Positions 19,091 to 27,836 of a stretch of DNA of 64,000 bases are shown in pieces. This stretch comes from a virus. The translations under genes were made by a program, and so were the position numbers. The notes beneath the pieces are model-generated. The model ran no database searches, had not been told where the DNA came from, and was given only the letters and a program-made list of their open reading frames with translations. The stretch is from positions 3,696 through 67,695 of IMG/VR virus record IMGVR_UViG_2903506739_000001; one strand, 5' to 3'. The number at the start of each line of letters is the position of its first letter. Within the stretch, counting starts at the first letter, position 1.

Positions 19091-20002
19091 ATGGCTGATA
19101 AGGAAATTGGCGATCTGCCAGCGGCAAGTCTGCCACTTGCTGGCACCGAGCTTCTGGATGTCGTCCAGGCAGGCAACAGCCGCAAGGTCGCAACGGCCGA
19201 CCTGGCGCTGTTGCCGAGCATGCTCGACACGGACGGAACGCTTGCCGCCAACAGCGACAGCAAGGTTCCGACGCAAAAAGCCGTCAAGACATATGCCGAC
19301 GCTCTCATTGCCGCCAATGACGCCATGGTCTTCAAGGGCGTCATCGACTGCTCGAGCAATCCGAACTACCCGGCAGCTGACAGAGGCCACCAGTATCGCG
19401 CCAGCGTTGCCGGCAAGATCGGCGGTGCGTCCGGCGTCAACGTCGAAGTCGGCGACATGATGCTTTGCATCACGGATGGAACTGCTGCCGGCAACCAGGC
19501 GACAGTTGGATCGGCCTGGTCGATCATCCAGACCAATCTCGACGGCGCAGTCATCAACACGCGCCAGGTCATTGCAGGCGCCGGTCTGACGGGCGGCGGC
19601 GACCTGTCGTCCGACAGAACGCTGGCGCTCAACACCGATGCCCGCACCCGCAACATCTTCTATGTCATCGACGGCGGCGGCGCCGCGATCACGACGGGTA
19701 TCAAGGGCGACCTGCCCATCCCCTTCGCCTGCACCATCATCGAGGCGGATGTGCTGGCCGACCAGGTGGGCTCGATCGTCATCGACATCTGGAAGAACAC
19801 CTATGCCAACTTTCCGCCGACCGTCGCCAACACCATCACGGCTGCGGCCAAACCGACACTGGCGAGCGCCGCCAAGGCGCAGGACGCGACGCTGACGGGC
19901 TGGACCACGGCGATCGCGGCCGGCGACATCCTGCGCTTCAACGTCGACAGCGCAGCAACGCTGACGCGCGTCACGATCGCCATCAAGGTAAGGATCAACT
20001 AA
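19091..20002 (+). CDS. tail fibre protein
   Basis: 303 aa ORF. The N-terminus (DLPAASLPLAGTELLDVVQAGNSRKVATADL) resembles the conserved N-terminal motif of many phage tail fibres. The C-terminus is Ala/Gly/Thr-rich. Confidence 0.55.
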   Translation: MADKEIGDLPAASLPLAGTELLDVVQAGNSRKVATADLALLPSMLDTDGTLAANSDSKVPTQKAVKTYADALIAANDAMVFKGVIDCSSNPNYPAADRGHQYRASVAGKIGGASGVNVEVGDMMLCITDGTAAGNQATVGSAWSIIQTNLDGAVINTRQVIAGAGLTGGGDLSSDRTLALNTDARTRNIFYVIDGGGAAITTGIKGDLPIPFACTIIEADVLADQVGSIVIDIWKNTYANFPPTVANTITAAAKPTLASAAKAQDATLTGWTTAIAAGDILRFNVDSAATLTRVTIAIKVRIN

Positions 20003-21043
20003 ATGGCACTTCTCGATTTCTTCGGCTTTGATCATCTCCAGGCCAGCACGGCGCCAGACCCGGCGCTTTACCCGAATTGCAGCCAGTCAACCGCCAGCGG
20101 CTGGACCACTGGAACAGGTCTGCTTGGCGGCAAATCATTGCGATCGAATTCCGTTGCCCGAAATTTCCATTGGGACAAAGGCGTCAACTACTCGACCTTG
20201 ATCGCCGCCGTGCGATTCCAGACGAACAGCGTTGCGGCTTCGGCAGTCCAGGACATCCTAGTTTTCTACGACGGCGCCTCGATCCAGTGCGGCATCTCGA
20301 TCAACGCGGTCGGCAAGTTGATCTTCTGGCGCGGCACAAATGCCACCGTGATCGCAACCGGAACCACCACCCTCTCGCCGAATTCGTGGTATTTCCTGGA
20401 GGCAAAAGTCACTTTCCACAATACGACAGGTGCCTACGAAATCAGACTTGGCGGCACCTCGGAAATGTCCGGTTCCGGCGCCAACACCCGCAACACCGCC
20501 AACAACCAGGCATCCGGCATCCGTTGGATTTCCAACGCAGCCACAACCACGATGACCATGTTCGACATCGATGACATTTACATCGAAGACACGAGCGGCA
20601 GCGCTCCTTACGCCGATTTTCTCGGCGTCATCCGGGTCGAAACGGCCTTCGTCACCACAAACGATTCGGTGCAGTGGACGCCGCTGTCGTCGACCAATGC
20701 GAGCAATGTCGACGAAGTTCAGGTCGACGACGACACCACCTACAATTCTGATGCCACGGCAGGCCATATCGATCTGTTCAATCACGGCGCGCTGTCGTCG
20801 ACGCCCGTCACGATCTTCTCCGTGGCCATCCGAAGCCGCGCCCGCAAGGACGATGTGACGGCGCGCACGTATCGCAACAAGCTGAAGTCGAGCACCACCG
20901 TCAGCAACGGCGCCACGGCCACGCTCGACACCACCTACAAGTGGATTCGCGACCAGTTTGACACCGATCCGAACACGGCGGCGGCATGGGCCACTGCCTC
21001 AGCCGTCAACAACAGCAAGATCGGCTACGAGGTCGTTTCCTGA
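20003..21043 (+). CDS. tail fibre / receptor-binding-like protein (Thr/Ser/Asn-rich, beta-rich)
   Basis: 346 aa ORF starting 1 nt after the fibre gene stop. Composition is typical of receptor-binding domains. Confidence 0.45.
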   Translation: MALLDFFGFDHLQASTAPDPALYPNCSQSTASGWTTGTGLLGGKSLRSNSVARNFHWDKGVNYSTLIAAVRFQTNSVAASAVQDILVFYDGASIQCGISINAVGKLIFWRGTNATVIATGTTTLSPNSWYFLEAKVTFHNTTGAYEIRLGGTSEMSGSGANTRNTANNQASGIRWISNAATTTMTMFDIDDIYIEDTSGSAPYADFLGVIRVETAFVTTNDSVQWTPLSSTNASNVDEVQVDDDTTYNSDATAGHIDLFNHGALSSTPVTIFSVAIRSRARKDDVTARTYRNKLKSSTTVSNGATATLDTTYKWIRDQFDTDPNTAAAWATASAVNNSKIGYEVVS

Positions 21044-21249
21044 TGGCCGCGCAACGTTCAACTCAGGTCGTCCAGGAGACCTTGCTGTCGTATTCGAGTC
21101 TTACGACGTTACGCGCCACTCAGGTCGTCCAGGAGACGCTGCTGTCCTATTCCAGTCCGACAAATGCGCTCGTCAGTCAGGTGGTGATCGAGGTTTTGCG
21201 GTCGGTCGCCAGCACCAGCGTTTCGCCAAGCTTCGGCGGCATCATCTGA
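21043..21249 (+). CDS. small protein with tandem ~57-nt repeat (TQVVQETLLSYSS x2 plus a degenerate third copy)
   Basis: ATG at 21043 overlaps the upstream stop as TGATG. Direct repeats lie at 21061-21117 and 21118-21174. Its 3' end overlaps the convergent PAP2 gene by ~70 nt. Confidence 0.3.
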   Translation: MAAQRSTQVVQETLLSYSSLTTLRATQVVQETLLSYSSPTNALVSQVVIEVLRSVASTSVSPSFGGII

Positions 21250-22436
21250 ACCCTTGCAAGCCGTCCAGCAACCGACCAGATGATCAGCGTGCCCGCAATC
21301 GCGACATAGGCGTCAGCAGCATAGTGCCAGCCGAAGTAGACCGAGCCGAATCCGATGATGGCGAGATAGGTCCAGCCGATCACGCCAAGCCACCAGCGGC
21401 ATGACGCAAGGAACAGTGCGTTCAGGCAGGTGAACGCGACATGGAGGCTAGGCATTGCCGAAATGCCGCTTCCGAGAAGTGTCGTGTCGGTGGCGTAGGC
21501 CTGCCAGAGATAGTCGGTGATCTGCAAAGTAAGTCGACCACCAGAGTTACTCGCCAGAGCGGCATCAAGACCGGCGAATCGATCACTGTCGAAAATGCGA
21601 TCATAAAAGATCGGGCCGGCCGAGTTCCCGATCGTTCTGACGACGCCTCCAAGCAGGACGGCGATCCCGAGAAAGCTTGCGAGATACCTGTTGCGTAGCT
21701 TTGCCTGGTCCAGGAATGCGACAACCAGGAAAAGCCCGATCGTCCAGACGAACCAGAGTTGAGAATAGAGGGAGTAGTAAATCCGGTCGAACGTGGGACT
21801 ATCGAACGCCCGAAGCAATTGCCACGGGTCGCCCCCATGGAGCCCCTGGTCAAGATCGGCAAGGATCTCATCGGCGAAGAACGGCACGGCCAGTGATATT
21901 TCATGCTTGAGCGCCGTGAAGGCTGCCGCGGTAAAAACAAAAGCGATCACAATGATGGCGGCACCTGGCAGACGAGTGCGCAGCTTGCGTCTGAGGAACA
22001 TCATCGGAGCCCTCGGGCTGCGGACGATCGCGGCAGAAATCAAGCCGACAAGGAGCAGCAGTGGGATCGCAATCAGGAAGCGCCTGACGGTGTAGGCCGA
22101 GAGCGATGTCCAATAACTACCCGGAAAAACGGTTGCGATACAGATCGTATATATTAAAGCAACTGCTAATATGCTGCGACCTAGCTGATCGCGCGGTGCC
22201 AGGGATGATGCTTGCGCCACTCCTGAAGTTTCAAGCGTCTCTGCTCGTAGATCGGGACGAGCGGACCTTCTATCTGCACTTCCCTCGGTGCTTGGCGCAA
22301 CCTCGCGTCCCAAATGCCTAGCGTCAGGCACAGTGCTGCTATTGTCCATATGACTGGCTTCCCCCAATAGAACCCGGTCATCTCTATAGCCTCCAATTCG
22401 ACGATGGTTAAGCCTACCGCCAAAATCTTTCGTCAA
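21177..22436 (-). CDS. PAP2-family integral membrane phosphatase (moron, possible lysogenic-conversion gene); true start uncertain
   Basis: 419 aa multi-TM ORF on the opposite strand inside the late region. PAP2-like motifs are present (SGISAMPSLHVA … GWHYAADAYVA). A lower-GC patch lies at ~22.1-22.2 kb. Confidence 0.65.
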   Translation of the reverse strand: MTKDFGGRLNHRRIGGYRDDRVLLGEASHMDNSSTVPDARHLGREVAPSTEGSADRRSARPDLRAETLETSGVAQASSLAPRDQLGRSILAVALIYTICIATVFPGSYWTSLSAYTVRRFLIAIPLLLLVGLISAAIVRSPRAPMMFLRRKLRTRLPGAAIIVIAFVFTAAAFTALKHEISLAVPFFADEILADLDQGLHGGDPWQLLRAFDSPTFDRIYYSLYSQLWFVWTIGLFLVVAFLDQAKLRNRYLASFLGIAVLLGGVVRTIGNSAGPIFYDRIFDSDRFAGLDAALASNSGGRLTLQITDYLWQAYATDTTLLGSGISAMPSLHVAFTCLNALFLASCRWWLGVIGWTYLAIIGFGSVYFGWHYAADAYVAIAGTLIIWSVAGRLARVQMMPPKLGETLVLATDRKTSITT

Positions 22437-22510
22437 TCTTACCTAGCGTCCGACCGGTGGAATTTTCCTTTACCCGATCCGGGTGCCGTGCTACATGATT
22501 CAACTATCAG

Positions 22511-22999
22511 ATGAATAGCTTATCTGCGGGTGGATCGGCTATGAACTTCTATCGCCTTTCGGGTTGCCTGAACCGGCTCTGCGGTGGACGCGGGGACCAG
22601 ACGTTCTGCGCCCGCGTGGCCGAGCGCTACGGCAGTCAATGCCTGTTCTGCCGGCTGATGTCGCGGCTGATCGAGCCAGACCACTGCGCGCTGCAACTCG
22701 ACAAGTGGCATGCGATCAGGAACGGCTGGGCGGACCCTTCCGCGCCGCTGGCGATCACGCGTTTCGTGCCCAACTGGCGCACGGTGCTGCGGCACTCCTA
22801 TAGCCTGCACCTGAATGCCGGCTCGGTCGTCTGCTGGCTGGCGATCATGCTGGATTACGTCTGGCCGTTCACGGCCGATTACCTGCCGTTCCAGCCGATC
22901 GTTTTCGGCCTGCTCGGCGGCGCGCTCGCCATCGCGGCGATCTATGCGCGCTTCGTCCTTCAACCCCCGATTTCCGGAGCCCCCAATGCCAATCGGTAG
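22511..22999 (+). CDS. Cys-rich membrane protein (2 C-terminal TM helices); possible holin/lysis regulator
   Basis: 162 aa ORF (alternative ATG at 22541). The N-terminal half is Cys-rich and is followed by two hydrophobic helices. It lies directly upstream of the endolysin, with an overlap. Confidence 0.35.
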   Translation: MNSLSAGGSAMNFYRLSGCLNRLCGGRGDQTFCARVAERYGSQCLFCRLMSRLIEPDHCALQLDKWHAIRNGWADPSAPLAITRFVPNWRTVLRHSYSLHLNAGSVVCWLAIMLDYVWPFTADYLPFQPIVFGLLGGALAIAAIYARFVLQPPISGAPNANR

Positions 23000-23606
23000 G
23001 ATCATGGCCAGCCTGCGCGGCAGGAAGGCCGTTCTCGCGGCTGCCGCCTTCGCCGTCACCAGCGGCTGGACCGCCTACATGGCCTCCGGGCCGGACCAGA
23101 CCGTCGTCGCCATTCACCAGGCGATCGACAAAGGGCTGACCCCGCCCGCCGTCGAGCTTGCCGTCGACAAGCTGATCAAGCCCTGGGAAGGGCTGAAGCT
23201 CTACGCCTATCAGGACCAGGTCGGCGTCTGGACGATCTGCTACGGCGAGACGCTCGGCGTGCATAAGGGCATGCAAAAGACCCTCGCCGAATGCGAGGCT
23301 ATGCTGACCAGGCGCGTCATCCACGACTATTACCTGCCGCTGGTCGACGGCGTGAAGGGTTATGGCGACGCGCCGGACTCCGTGCAGGCCTCGATGCTGT
23401 CTGGCGCCTACAATTTCGGCACGGCCGGCCAGTTGGGCTCCCGCGCCGCGAAGTTCGTCACAAGGCGTCAATACCGCCAGGCCTGCGAGGCGCAGACAGC
23501 CTGGAACAAGGCCAAGCACCAAATCGTGCCCGGCCTAGTGAAGCGGCGCGAGATGGGCGATGCGCAGCGCCTCGGCGAGGCCGAGCTTTGCGTGAGCGGC
23601 CTCTGA
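22986..23606 (+). CDS. SAR endolysin, GH24 (T4/lambda R-type) lysozyme
   Basis: Internal ATG at 22986 (M58 of track ORF 22815..23606). The N-terminus has a Gly/Ala-rich weakly hydrophobic SAR segment (RKAVLAAAAFAVTSGWTAYMASG). The catalytic E-x8-D-x5-T pattern (EGLKLYAYQDQVGVWTICYGET) follows. Confidence 0.8.
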   Translation: MPIGRIMASLRGRKAVLAAAAFAVTSGWTAYMASGPDQTVVAIHQAIDKGLTPPAVELAVDKLIKPWEGLKLYAYQDQVGVWTICYGETLGVHKGMQKTLAECEAMLTRRVIHDYYLPLVDGVKGYGDAPDSVQASMLSGAYNFGTAGQLGSRAAKFVTRRQYRQACEAQTAWNKAKHQIVPGLVKRREMGDAQRLGEAELCVSGL

Positions 23607-23707
23607 TGGAAAACTTGCAGGCAGTCTTCACGCCGATCATCGCCAGTGCCCTGAAGATCGGCGCCGTCGCGGCGATCGTGCTCCTCGCATATCTGGTGCT
23701 GCGATGA
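23606..23707 (+). CDS. 33-aa single-TM peptide (possible pinholin/antiholin-type lysis component)
   Basis: Start overlaps the endolysin stop as TGATG. Sequence: MENLQAVFTPIIASALKIGAVAAIVLLAYLVLR. Confidence 0.3.
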   Translation: MENLQAVFTPIIASALKIGAVAAIVLLAYLVLR

Positions 23708-24225
23708 CCTGGTGGCTGCTTCTCGTTCTCGGCGGTGGCGGTGTTCTGGCACTGGTCGCCTCACAGCTTGGCGGCGCGGTCATCATCGGCTTCCTGCGCA
23801 CCTGGCTCCTGCCGGTCCTCACCTTCACCATTCCCCTGCCCGTCTGGGCCTTCCTCGCCGCTGGCGGCTGGCTGTGGTTCGACAGGGACTCGGCCGTCCG
23901 CACTGCGGTCAACAAGGCGGTCACGCAGATGGTGGCCGGGGCGCAGTTGGAAGCGCTGCAGGCGCAACTGATCGAGGAACGCCGCATCCGTCAGTGGAGC
24001 GACAGCCAAGCCGAGGAAAAGGCTCGCATTGCCGACGCGGAGCAGTCAGCCCGCGTCGACCTGCAAACCAAACTCACCCTCACCGACAGCAGGCGAAAGG
24101 GCCTTGCCGATGAACTGGCCGAACTCAAGGCGCGCGAAGCGAAGCGCCAACAGGACAGCAAGGGCGCCATCGCTCCTGAGTGCGCTGTTGATGATTTCCT
24201 TTTTGGGCGGTTGCGCAACAAATAA
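23704..24225 (+). CDS. membrane protein with 2-3 N-terminal TM helices and periplasmic coiled-coil (i-spanin-like, possibly fused to or doubling as holin)
   Basis: 173 aa ORF with an ATGA overlap to the upstream peptide. The C-terminal half is Ala/Glu/Gln/Arg-rich heptad-like. The o-spanin start is embedded near its 3' end. Confidence 0.5.
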   Translation: MTWWLLLVLGGGGVLALVASQLGGAVIIGFLRTWLLPVLTFTIPLPVWAFLAAGGWLWFDRDSAVRTAVNKAVTQMVAGAQLEALQAQLIEERRIRQWSDSQAEEKARIADAEQSARVDLQTKLTLTDSRRKGLADELAELKAREAKRQQDSKGAIAPECAVDDFLFGRLRNK

Positions 24226-24508
24226 GCAACTCTTCGACCAAGCCTACGTGCAGAAGGCCAAGGCCGATGCGGTGAAGATCGCACTGACTGAGGCCGAGAA
24301 ACGCGTCCAGGAGGCCCGCAGGATACCCGTCTGGCCGCCCGAGTGCCGGCTTCACCATTACAGCGGCATCCTGCTCGACGACGGGATCTACGTGTCCAAC
24401 GTCAAGGCGGACTCAGCGCTTAGCGACGCCAACGACCAGACCGACGCCTGTGCAGCGCTGTACGACAAATGGCGCGAGGCGCGCGAGCCGAAGAAGGCCG
24501 GCAAATGA
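24191..24508 (+). CDS. o-spanin (Rz1-like outer-membrane lipoprotein), overlapped architecture
   Basis: Internal ATG at 24191 (M55 of track ORF 24029..24508), in a different frame from the i-spanin. Lipobox L-G-G-C (MISFLGGC; TTG/CTG starts lie 1-2 codons upstream). Cys/Pro-containing ~100 aa protein. Confidence 0.5.
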   Translation: MISFLGGCATNKQLFDQAYVQKAKADAVKIALTEAEKRVQEARRIPVWPPECRLHHYSGILLDDGIYVSNVKADSALSDANDQTDACAALYDKWREAREPKKAGK

Positions 24509-25806
24509 AGCGTGCTGACAATGGTGAGGTTCCGGAGCGCCTGACGGAGGAGGAAATCCAGCGTCGCATCGCGATCTACGAAGAGACGAGTGGCAACATC
24601 AGCGCCACGGCGCGCCGGCTAGGCATCAAGCGCGCCTCCGTTCAGGGCTTGATCCGCCGCCTCAAGAGCCAGCAGTACGAATTCAAGTTCGACGGCGCGA
24701 AGCCGAATCCGCAACCGGAGCCGACGCCGCAGGAACGCTCCACCATTCAGGGTCTTCGCGACGAGATCGCCAGGCTCAAGAGCGAGTTGAGGGCCGCCTA
24801 TCGTGCCGGCGCGGAAGAAGATGCCATCCTGAACCTCATCGGCATCATCAGCAAGGCAGCGGTCTCGCCGCCGACCTGGCTCAACGAGATCCGCGCCAAG
24901 AACGGCAAATCGCACCCCGAGGTGCCGATTGCCAATTGGGGCGACTGGCATTGGGGAGAGGTCATCCGGCCTGGTGCCGTCAATGGCTTCAACGAGTTCA
25001 ATCGTGAGATCGCAAGGGAGCGCGTGCGACGTCTCGTCGCCAACACGATCGATCTCTGCCGCAACCATGGGCCTGGCAATTATCCCGGCATCGTCGTCAA
25101 TCTGATCGGCGACTTCATCTCGGGTGGCCTGCATCCGGAGCTCGCCAAGAGCGACGAACTGGCGCGCATTCCGGCAGCACTGGAAGTGCGCGACGTGCTG
25201 GTGTGGGCGCTCGAGCAGATTGCCGACGAGTTCGGATCGGTCTTCGTGCCTTGTGTATCCGGCAACCATGGGCGCGACACGCCCAAACCGGAGTACAAGG
25301 GCTACCTGCATCACAATTTCGATTGGCTGATCTATCAGTTGCTCAGGCGGCACTTCGAAAACGATAAGCGCCTGACCTTCCTGATCGAGCCGTCGAACGA
25401 GGCCTATTACTCGGTGTTCGGGCTCCGCACGCTGCTCGTTCACGGCGACATGCTCGGCGTCAAGGGCGGCGACGGTATCATTGGCTCGATCGGCCCGATC
25501 ATGCGCGGCGAGATCAAGACGCGCGGTCAGGCGTCGTCTCTCGGCCGACCTTTCGACATCCTGATCATGGGTCATTGGCACCAGGAACTCTGGCTGCCGC
25601 GGGCGATCGTCAACAACGCGCTCAAGGGCTTCGACGAATACGCCAAGGACAGCCTGCGCGCGGTGCCGTCCGAGCCCTCGCAATCGCTCTTCTTCGTCCA
25701 CCAGAAAGGCATGATCACCTCCCGCTGGTCGGTTCGCGTTGATGAATTGAAGGCGCGCGAGAACCATGGATGGGTGGCAGTGCCAAGTGCAAAGGAAACC
25801 CACTGA
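24505..25806 (+). CDS. HTH domain fused to calcineurin-like metallophosphoesterase
   Basis: ATG at 24505 overlaps the o-spanin stop as ATGA. N-terminal HTH (SGNISATARRLGIKRASVQGLIRRL). Metallophosphoesterase motifs follow (GDWHWGE, GDFISGG, VSGNHGRD, GHWHQE). Confidence 0.6.
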   Translation: MKRADNGEVPERLTEEEIQRRIAIYEETSGNISATARRLGIKRASVQGLIRRLKSQQYEFKFDGAKPNPQPEPTPQERSTIQGLRDEIARLKSELRAAYRAGAEEDAILNLIGIISKAAVSPPTWLNEIRAKNGKSHPEVPIANWGDWHWGEVIRPGAVNGFNEFNREIARERVRRLVANTIDLCRNHGPGNYPGIVVNLIGDFISGGLHPELAKSDELARIPAALEVRDVLVWALEQIADEFGSVFVPCVSGNHGRDTPKPEYKGYLHHNFDWLIYQLLRRHFENDKRLTFLIEPSNEAYYSVFGLRTLLVHGDMLGVKGGDGIIGSIGPIMRGEIKTRGQASSLGRPFDILIMGHWHQELWLPRAIVNNALKGFDEYAKDSLRAVPSEPSQSLFFVHQKGMITSRWSVRVDELKARENHGWVAVPSAKETH

Positions 25807-26018
25807 TGCGTAACATCTTCGCCTACACCGCGCCTGGCTGCGACATGCCGGAATTCCTTTCGATCAACGAGCACAACGGACAGGTGCAAGTCATGGCACG
25901 CAGCCGAGGCTTGTCGACGACAGTGTCCGTTCAGTTGGAGCCTGAACAGGTCAGAGCGCTCTATGCGGCCCTGAAAGCCGAGGTCTTCAAGGACGTTCTT
26001 GCCGAGACGGAAGGCTGA
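25806..26018 (+). CDS. hypothetical small protein
   Basis: 71 aa ORF from the ATG at 25806 (M13 of the track ORF), overlapping the upstream stop. Confidence 0.35.
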   Translation: MRNIFAYTAPGCDMPEFLSINEHNGQVQVMARSRGLSTTVSVQLEPEQVRALYAALKAEVFKDVLAETEG

Positions 26019-26023
26019 CCCTC

Positions 26024-26347
26024 ATGCGTCTTGTGATTTTGGAGTCGCCGTATGCGGGCGAGGTCGAGCGGAATGTCGCCTATGCCCGCCGCTGTGTCCG
26101 CGATTCGCTGCTCAGGAATGAGGCACCCGTCGCAAGTCACTTATTGTACACGCAACCGGGCATTCTGGACGACACCGTGCCAGCCGAACGGCAGCACGGC
26201 ATCGACGCTGGCCTTGCCTGGCGCAAGGTGGCTGATGCGAGCGTCGTCTATGTCGACCACGGCATTTCCAAGGGCATGGACTACGGCATTGCCGCGGCCA
26301 AGGCAGCCGGCATTCCGGTCGAATACCGCAGCCTGGAGAAGTTCTGA
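26024..26347 (+). CDS. conserved phage hypothetical protein (alpha/beta, nucleoside-deoxyribosyltransferase-like?)
   Basis: 107 aa ORF. Family assignment is weak. Confidence 0.4.
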   Translation: MRLVILESPYAGEVERNVAYARRCVRDSLLRNEAPVASHLLYTQPGILDDTVPAERQHGIDAGLAWRKVADASVVYVDHGISKGMDYGIAAAKAAGIPVEYRSLEKF

Positions 26348-26826
26348 TGGACGACGCCCGCCTGATCGAGGAGTTCCGCCAGGAACAGCAGTTCCAGAAC
26401 GTGCCCGACGCGCCGGCCGTCAAGCCTGCTAATCCCAAGCAACTCTATGGTGACCGGAAACCGCCGCTGTCCTACTTCCCGCTCTCTGCAATGCTCGCCG
26501 GGCTCGAGGCGCTCTATGACGGTGCCCTGAAATACGATCCGCACAACTGGCGCGACAATCCGGTCGAGGCCATGACCTATGTCAACGCGGCCGAACGCCA
26601 CCTGCAACTCTACAAGGTCGGCGAGGCGCTGGCCCGCGACACCAAGGTCAGTAATCTCGGCGGCGTCATCGCCTGCGCCGCCATCCTGATCGACGCGGAA
26701 GCCCACAGCATGCTGATCGACAACCGCCGTCACAGCCAGGTCGAGGCGGATCTGCTGCATGAAGCCGAAGCATGGGTCGCTCGCCTCAAGGAAAAGCAGG
26801 CCGAGCGCCTGAAGGGGACACAATGA
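26347..26826 (+). CDS. hypothetical protein (possible all-alpha NTP pyrophosphohydrolase-like)
   Basis: 159 aa ORF with an ATGA overlap. The motif pattern KPPLSYFPLSAMLAGLEALYDGALKYDPHNWRD is reminiscent of the dATP/dGTP diphosphohydrolase N-domain. Low confidence. Confidence 0.35.
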   Translation: MDDARLIEEFRQEQQFQNVPDAPAVKPANPKQLYGDRKPPLSYFPLSAMLAGLEALYDGALKYDPHNWRDNPVEAMTYVNAAERHLQLYKVGEALARDTKVSNLGGVIACAAILIDAEAHSMLIDNRRHSQVEADLLHEAEAWVARLKEKQAERLKGTQ

Positions 26827-27197
26827 TCGCCATCGACTACACCATCACGGTCGGCAACATACTGACCATCCTCGGCATGGGCGGCGGGCTGCTGGTCGGC
26901 GCCTGGCGACTGCGCGCCGCGCTCGACAAGCGCGTCAACGCAATCGAGACCGCTGCGGTGCTGAAAGCGTCGCAACGCGAGCTCGACGACGCCAAAGTCG
27001 AGATTGCCCGCAAGGCCGAGCAACGCGAGCTCGAAGGTCTCAGGCTGGAAATGGCCAGGAACTATGTCTCGGTGACGCATCTCGAGGCTGTCGAAGAGCG
27101 CATGACCGCCTCAATGAAGGTGGTCGCTGATGAAGTGCGTGGTCTGCGCTCTGACATCCTCTCCCTTTACAAGGAGCGGGCCGGCGCCGGCAGTTGA
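26823..27197 (+). CDS. membrane-anchored coiled-coil protein
   Basis: 124 aa ORF from the ATG at 26823 (M18 of the track ORF). One N-terminal TM helix is followed by a charged helical region. Confidence 0.4.
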   Translation: MIAIDYTITVGNILTILGMGGGLLVGAWRLRAALDKRVNAIETAAVLKASQRELDDAKVEIARKAEQRELEGLRLEMARNYVSVTHLEAVEERMTASMKVVADEVRGLRSDILSLYKERAGAGS

Positions 27198-27226
27198 AAG
27201 CTGCGGCGCCGGTTCTGAACCGGAAT

Positions 27227-27487
27227 TCAACCGGCGAGGGCCGCTGCGGCGAGATGGGTGAAGAACCCGCATTCGATTCCGGTGAATTTTTCGCCCTCGC
27301 CCATCGCCTTGGCGACGTGATAGAGCAAACCCGGATTGTCTGTTTCCGCCATGTGATTGAGCAGTTCGGCTGCGTATTTTCGGCCCGTGGCTGTATCGGC
27401 CGACCAGTCGCCGGATGCCTGAACATTCCACAGTTTCTTGTCATTGCCTTCCACGACAATGAAGGGTAGTGCGCCTAACTTTGTCAT
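27227..27487 (-). CDS. hypothetical protein
   Basis: 86 aa ORF with balanced composition. It is convergent with the late operon end. Confidence 0.3.
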   Translation of the reverse strand: MTKLGALPFIVVEGNDKKLWNVQASGDWSADTATGRKYAAELLNHMAETDNPGLLYHVAKAMGEGEKFTGIECGFFTHLAAAALAG

Positions 27488-27836
27488 TGCTGTCTGAGAT
27501 CCCGATTCAAGTTGTTGCCTGACATGCGAATTCTTCAGCCCGCGATGCGGCGTTCAGCCGTTCGTAGGTCAAATGCTTGGATCGGAATCCTTTTTACGCT
27601 GCAAGAATCCTGTCGGCGCGGCGGGGTTGCCACCCACATCAAACACCGCCTAGCAGGTCCAAACGCAGTTCTACTGGAAAACAAACCCCCGATCGCCAAC
27701 CCCACCCCGCCGACCTCCTTATGTGCTTCCACTGGAGAAATTCAACGGTTAGTTGACTATAACCAAAGTGCGGTCGTTATCAAGCGCGAATATATCGCGG
27801 TGTAAAATAATCGTGAGGAATGCTTGAGCGCGGTGC

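Noticed and set aside
22100-22200. AT-rich stretch inside the PAP2 gene considered as an independent promoter or insertion
   Set aside because: It lies within a continuous ORF encoding TM helices. It was interpreted as atypical codon usage of a horizontally acquired gene rather than a separate element.
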